From positions 18,899 through 82,898 of the forward strand of contig JABMQJ010000018.1 in the NCBI GenBank assembly GCA_013203315.1: a stretch of 64,000 nt of DNA, in the 5' to 3' direction. The position numbers and the translations under genes were made by a program. The notes under the pieces are model-generated. The model worked only from the letters and a program-made list of their open reading frames with translations. It made no database searches and was not told where the DNA came from. Source of the stretch: Candidatus Omnitrophota bacterium (GTDB lineage: Bacteria; Omnitrophota; Gorgyraeia; JABMRN01; RBG-13-46-9). Shown here in pieces: positions 60,120 through 64,000 of the stretch (within the stretch, counting starts at the first letter, position 1; every line of letters starts with the position of its first letter).

Positions 60120-61229
60120 ATGAGTAAGACTCTGATATTTTACGCTACAGCCGGCATCGGACACAAGAAAGCGGCATTTGCTGTCAAAGAAGCCTTTGAC
60201 GCGGCCGGCAGAAAAGACGTATTACTAAAAGATGCATTGGATTACACAAATGCATTCTTCAAACGCTCTTATTGCGCGACGTACCTATTTCTTATAAAGC
60301 GCGTTCCGACATTGTGGGGATTTTTTTATTACATTCTGGATAATCCCCTGATTTATACTCTCTTAAAATCGGTCCGGCGCCTGGTAAATCATATAAATTC
60401 TAAACGCCTCGTAGAATTCCTTTTGACCACAAAACCTGAAACAGTAATCGTTACCCATTTTCTTGCCCTGGAGGTTATAGCGCACTTGAAAAGAAAAGGT
60501 ATCCTAAATACGCGACTCATCGTTGTCATAACCGACTACAAGTCCCACACTTTTTGGATTTCACAATATGTAGATTCTTACATTGTAGCTTCGGACTACA
60601 CAAGAGAGGACCTTCTTGGGAGGGGAATAGACTCCGGCCGCATAAAGGTTTTTGGAATACCATGCGAGAAAAAATTTTCCGAAACACACGATATAAACGC
60701 GCTAAAAACTAAAATGGGTCTCGCCCCAAATAAAAAAACCATTTTTATTTTAAGCGGTGGTTTCGGCGTGGGCCCCATAGCGAATATAGTTTTACATTTA
60801 GATAAGCTCGAAGAGGATATTCAGGCAATCGTTGTTTGTGGATATAATAAGAAGCTGTATGAAAAAATAGAAAAAATCGCAGCCTCTGCAAGGCACGCCT
60901 TCAAAATATACGGATTTGTTAATAACATAGACGAAATGATGGCCGTTTCAGACGTGCTCGTTTCCAAGCCCGGAGGCATAAGCGTGACGGAAGCATTAAA
61001 CGCATCTCTTCCCATGATCGTCATGAGCCCGATCCCTGGGCAGGAAATGAGAAATTACAAGTTTTTGGAGAAAAACAATGCTGCTTTAAGAATACAAAAA
61101 CCGGACCAAATTGAAGGAGTCTTAAAAGAAGTGTTTGCTTCCGGCAAGATGGGCGCTTTGAAAGAGGCCGTAAAGCGAATAAGATGCGCAGATTCAGCTG
61201 AAAGGATAGTAAATGAAGCCAGTCAATGA
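60120..61229 (+). CDS. MGDG synthase/UgtP-like GT28 glycolipid glycosyltransferase
   Basis: GIGHKKAA, THF, VITDY, GIP, SKPGG...EA, PIPGQE. Confidence 0.85.
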   Translation: MSKTLIFYATAGIGHKKAAFAVKEAFDAAGRKDVLLKDALDYTNAFFKRSYCATYLFLIKRVPTLWGFFYYILDNPLIYTLLKSVRRLVNHINSKRLVEFLLTTKPETVIVTHFLALEVIAHLKRKGILNTRLIVVITDYKSHTFWISQYVDSYIVASDYTREDLLGRGIDSGRIKVFGIPCEKKFSETHDINALKTKMGLAPNKKTIFILSGGFGVGPIANIVLHLDKLEEDIQAIVVCGYNKKLYEKIEKIAASARHAFKIYGFVNNIDEMMAVSDVLVSKPGGISVTEALNASLPMIVMSPIPGQEMRNYKFLEKNNAALRIQKPDQIEGVLKEVFASGKMGALKEAVKRIRCADSAERIVNEASQ

Positions 61230-61902
61230 AGAACTTAAGGAAATAGTAGACTCAGTAAAAAAGTACATAGAAATAGAAAAGTTGGCAACCGGTACCGATG
61301 CGCTGGCCCTTACACCACGAAGTGTATCTGGTGCGCGAGGAGGAAATACGCTGGAAGATTTAAGGAAGCGTGTTCTTTCCTGTGCGGGGTGCGAGCTTTG
61401 CCAAACAAGAACAAACGTTGTTTTTGGCTCGGGTAGCGCTCGCGCAAAACTAATGTTTGTCGGAGAGGCGCCGGGCATGCAGGAGGACTTGCAGGGACTT
61501 CCCTTTGTAGGTAGGGCAGGCCAGCTTCTCACCAAAATAATAGAGTCTATCGGGCTAAAGAGGGAGGATGTGTATATTGCAAATGTTTTAAAGTGCAGGC
61601 CGCCTGAAAACAGAAACCCTCTACCGACAGAAATACTTACGTGCGAAGAATACCTTATTAAACAGATAGAGTTAATAAGGCCGCGCGTCATATGCGCGCT
61701 CGGTAAATTTGCGGCGCAAACACTCCTCCGGAGCCAGGAAACTATAAGCAGATTAAGAGGCAATTTCTACGATTATCACGGAGCTAAGTTAATACCGACA
61801 TTTCATCCTGCGTATTTGTTGCGGAATCCGAATGATAAGCGCTTTGTTTGGGAGGACATGAAGAAAATTCGAAAGGAGCTAACAAAGCGCCATGCAGTTT
61901 GA
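61213..61902 (+). CDS. Uracil-DNA glycosylase, family 4 (Fe-S)
   Basis: CAGC, GEAPG, PFVGRAG, KCRPPENR, HPAY. Confidence 0.92.
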   Translation: MKPVNEELKEIVDSVKKYIEIEKLATGTDALALTPRSVSGARGGNTLEDLRKRVLSCAGCELCQTRTNVVFGSGSARAKLMFVGEAPGMQEDLQGLPFVGRAGQLLTKIIESIGLKREDVYIANVLKCRPPENRNPLPTEILTCEEYLIKQIELIRPRVICALGKFAAQTLLRSQETISRLRGNFYDYHGAKLIPTFHPAYLLRNPNDKRFVWEDMKKIRKELTKRHAV

Positions 61903-62995
61903 TGCGAACAAAAGATGCGATATAGTGATTCCGGTCTGGAATAATCCGGAACTTACAAGGGACTGTGTGAACAGCATAATCAAGCACACGAGATATCCTT
62001 ATAGAATCGTGATTATTGATGACGCAAGCGAGGCTTACACAAGGCAGTATCTTGACACCTTGAAAAAAGATACTGGTGGCAAAACCAATGTAATAAGAAA
62101 CGCGAAAAATCAGGGGTTTGTTAAGAGCGTAAACCGGGGCATGGAGCATTCGGATGCGCCGTACGTTTGTATTATGAATAACGATACTATTGCAACGAAC
62201 GGCTGGCTTGGGGAAGCGATATGCATACTTCGGGAAAATCCGAATATAGGCCTCATCAATCCTTCCAGCAATACCTCGTGCCAGTTTCCCGGGAAGTTAA
62301 GCATAGACGCTTATGCGGAAACGCTAAAAGTCTTTAAAGGGAGCTACCAGGAGCTTTACACGTGCAGGGCCTTTGCGATGATCGTGAAAAGGGAGGTCAT
62401 AAAGAAAATTGGTTATCTCGATGAGCAATACGGTATGGGTTATTTTGACGATACGGATTATTGCAAACACGCTCAGAAGCTCGGCTATATGACCGTAAGG
62501 TCTAAAGCCTCATATGTTTACCATAAGGAGAGCCAGTCTTTTTCTCTCGTTAAGGAAAAAAGCAATATATTTTTGGAAAATGAAAAAAAATTTGTATCAA
62601 AATGGGGCATGCCCTTAAGAATAGCTTATGCGTTACCGAGCCCCGGAACACAAAAGGATAGAGATAGGATCTCCGCGCATATAAACAGAATGGCAAAAAT
62701 AGGTCACCAGGTCTGGATATTTACTACGCGAAGAGTAAAATCGAAGCTCGATTTAATAGACCACGAAAGTATAAGGTTCTACTTTTATCCGCCTTTTCTT
62801 TTTGACGCAACGGCTATTTACAAAATATGGAAAAGAAAAAAGAAAAAGAAAATGCATGTTATCCTGACAAACTGTAGTCGCCTATATAAATTTTTAGATT
62901 TCTTTAAAGGTGCGCTTGGAGCGGAAATTTTTGCGGACGATAACTTATCACCCGTGGAAAAGAAGCTGGCCGAACTTTCACACGCCCCGTTTTAG
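61892..62995 (+). CDS. GT2 glycosyltransferase (paralog of the 39386/41580 family)
   Basis: CDIVIPVWN, YPYRIVIIDDAS, MNNDT, FDDTDY, KWG.PLR. Confidence 0.88.
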   Translation: MQFDANKRCDIVIPVWNNPELTRDCVNSIIKHTRYPYRIVIIDDASEAYTRQYLDTLKKDTGGKTNVIRNAKNQGFVKSVNRGMEHSDAPYVCIMNNDTIATNGWLGEAICILRENPNIGLINPSSNTSCQFPGKLSIDAYAETLKVFKGSYQELYTCRAFAMIVKREVIKKIGYLDEQYGMGYFDDTDYCKHAQKLGYMTVRSKASYVYHKESQSFSLVKEKSNIFLENEKKFVSKWGMPLRIAYALPSPGTQKDRDRISAHINRMAKIGHQVWIFTTRRVKSKLDLIDHESIRFYFYPPFLFDATAIYKIWKRKKKKKMHVILTNCSRLYKFLDFFKGALGAEIFADDNLSPVEKKLAELSHAPF

Positions 62996-63795
62996 ATGAC
63001 ACAAATTTTGCAAGGATAAAGAGATTTTCTTTTCTCTGCCTTCATTTTTTCTATATAATCTCTTCTAAGAGAGCCCGCCCATATTTCTGCAAGCGAAGTC
63101 GTATTTGCGTTGCCGAAGGATGTCGTGCCCTCAAAGTCTATGCAGCACTTGGCTGCCTCGCCGTTTGTCAGTATGATCATATCATTTTCCAGCCTCTGGC
63201 ACCAGTTGAGATTTTTCATCTTTTTTCGCGGGAGGGTAAAACCGCGAACCCTGGGGTATTGCACGTAGGGAGATATCTGGACACGGTCAGCGGTGTCTTT
63301 CCAGTAATCGATAAATTCAAGCCGTGTTTTTTTATCGAAAAACATGTCAACCGCCGAGATCCAAACCTCGGTCGGTGCCCGCTTCACAGAAAGAAGGTCT
63401 TCCACGTTTTTCATAACCGTATCAAAACTTACCTTCCTTATTCTTTCGTACGTTTTCTTGTTTAACGAATCAAGCGATATATTTATGGTGTCCACGCCTA
63501 TATCCACGAGAGCTTTTGATTTTTCCTTATCCAGTAATATGCCGGCAGTGCTCATGAGTATTTTTAAGCCCCTATCTTTGCACTTCTTCAAAATATCCAT
63601 GATCCTGTTATCCGCTATGGGGTCGCCCATCTGATGCGGCATGATCGTAACATCTTTACCTGCGCACTCATCCAGGATTTTCTCAATAAGCGGCATGGGC
63701 ATGAACTTCTGCCTCGCGACAAATTTATGCGGGCACATTATGCATTTTGAGGGGCACAATGTCGTTGTCTCAATCTGAATAATTTTAGGAAACAT
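62992..63795 (-). CDS. Radical SAM protein with SPASM/twitch domain
   Basis: CPSKCIMC, MGDP; C-terminal CQRL...KCCIDF...CKIC; AAGGAG RBS upstream on the minus strand. Confidence 0.88.
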   Translation of the reverse strand: MFPKIIQIETTTLCPSKCIMCPHKFVARQKFMPMPLIEKILDECAGKDVTIMPHQMGDPIADNRIMDILKKCKDRGLKILMSTAGILLDKEKSKALVDIGVDTINISLDSLNKKTYERIRKVSFDTVMKNVEDLLSVKRAPTEVWISAVDMFFDKKTRLEFIDYWKDTADRVQISPYVQYPRVRGFTLPRKKMKNLNWCQRLENDMIILTNGEAAKCCIDFEGTTSFGNANTTSLAEIWAGSLRRDYIEKMKAEKRKSLYPCKICVI

Positions 63796-63818
63796 CTTCT
63801 CACTCCTTCTGTGCCGCT

Positions 63819-63847
63819 ATTATACAATATCCTTTGCTTCTATTCAA
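63819..63847 (-). promoter_or_regulatory. Sigma70-type promoter TTGAAT-N17-TATAAT for the minus-strand radical SAM gene
   Basis: On the minus strand the -35 is at 63847-63842 and a perfect -10 at 63824-63819, about 24 nt upstream of the ATG. Confidence 0.65.
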
Positions 63848-63964
63848 ACCTTTCTCTTTGCAAAACTTACGGAATGAGAGGGTATTGGCGTGCGACTTGG
63901 CATTTAACGACGGAGCTCTTTCTTCTTCAAAAAATTATAGTAAGCCGAATGTATGTATTTATAA

Positions 63965-63991
63965 TTGCGGAAAGAAAGGATCTCCTATAAT
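63965..63991 (+). promoter_or_regulatory. Possible divergent promoter (TTGCGG-N15-TATAAT) for a gene beyond the window
   Basis: Perfect TATAAT at 63986-63991, but the spacer is short and the downstream gene is not visible. Confidence 0.3.
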
Positions 63992-64000
63992 CGGCACAAA

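Noticed and set aside
47-62304. Numerous 60-190 aa minus-strand and alternate-frame ORFs in the track (e.g. 7725-8237, 35757-36260, 61194-61763)
   Set aside because: They lie antisense to or inside well-supported genes and show no recognisable motifs; treated as shadow ORFs.
3455-63000. A7-A8 and T7-T8 homopolymer runs as phase-variation switches
   Set aside because: Such runs are expected in Lys/Phe-rich, AT-rich genes. All frames are intact and I saw no long poly-G/C or short tandem repeat tracts.
4611-63795. Whole locus as a RiPP or secondary-metabolite cluster because of six radical SAM genes and AsnB
   Set aside because: No RRE/PqqD domain, peptidase, NRPS or PKS was recognised, and the context is overwhelmingly glycan assembly; kept only as an alternative for the 3395-3508 peptide.
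63886-63902. Sigma54-like TGGC...TTGGC motif
   Set aside because: GG-to-GC spacing is 11 nt rather than the required 10.
1-64000. CRISPR array, tRNA/rRNA, IS/transposase, prophage or defence genes
   Set aside because: No repeat-spacer periodicity, and gaps within the gene run are about 100 nt or less with no RNA-like structure. No transposase, integrase or nuclease motifs in any ORF.

Overview
Almost the whole window is one very large cell-surface glycan locus. About 54 tightly packed, mostly translationally coupled genes run on the + strand from before position 1 to 62995, followed by one convergent minus-strand radical SAM/SPASM gene. The LPS-type genes (GT9 heptosyltransferase, GmhB, KdtX/WaaE-like GT2s, WaaL-like ligase, WecA) point to a diderm bacterium; the taxon cannot be fixed from the sequence. 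The first block (1-31088) is a tailoring block: four B12-binding radical SAM enzymes, a SPASM radical SAM, two NeuA-like cytidylyltransferase domains, three orphan GT-B-like proteins, an MsbA/PglK-like ABC exporter, an Ntn-glutaminase/WbpG fusion, a CDP-sugar cassette, a DegT-like enzyme and a GNAT. The second block starts at a good sigma70-type promoter (31108-31136) and holds LPS/lipid-linked assembly genes, paralogous GT2s and six GT-C-type membrane glycosyltransferases (a seventh is in block 1). The most striking item missed by the ORF track is a 37-aa microprotein (3395-3508). It ends in DDYYPLF, resembles a DltX-type Y-x-x-F-COOH acyl-shuttle motif, and sits directly before an SGNH protein. 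I saw no rRNA, tRNA, CRISPR array or mobile element. All product calls come from motif recognition by eye, not database searches.
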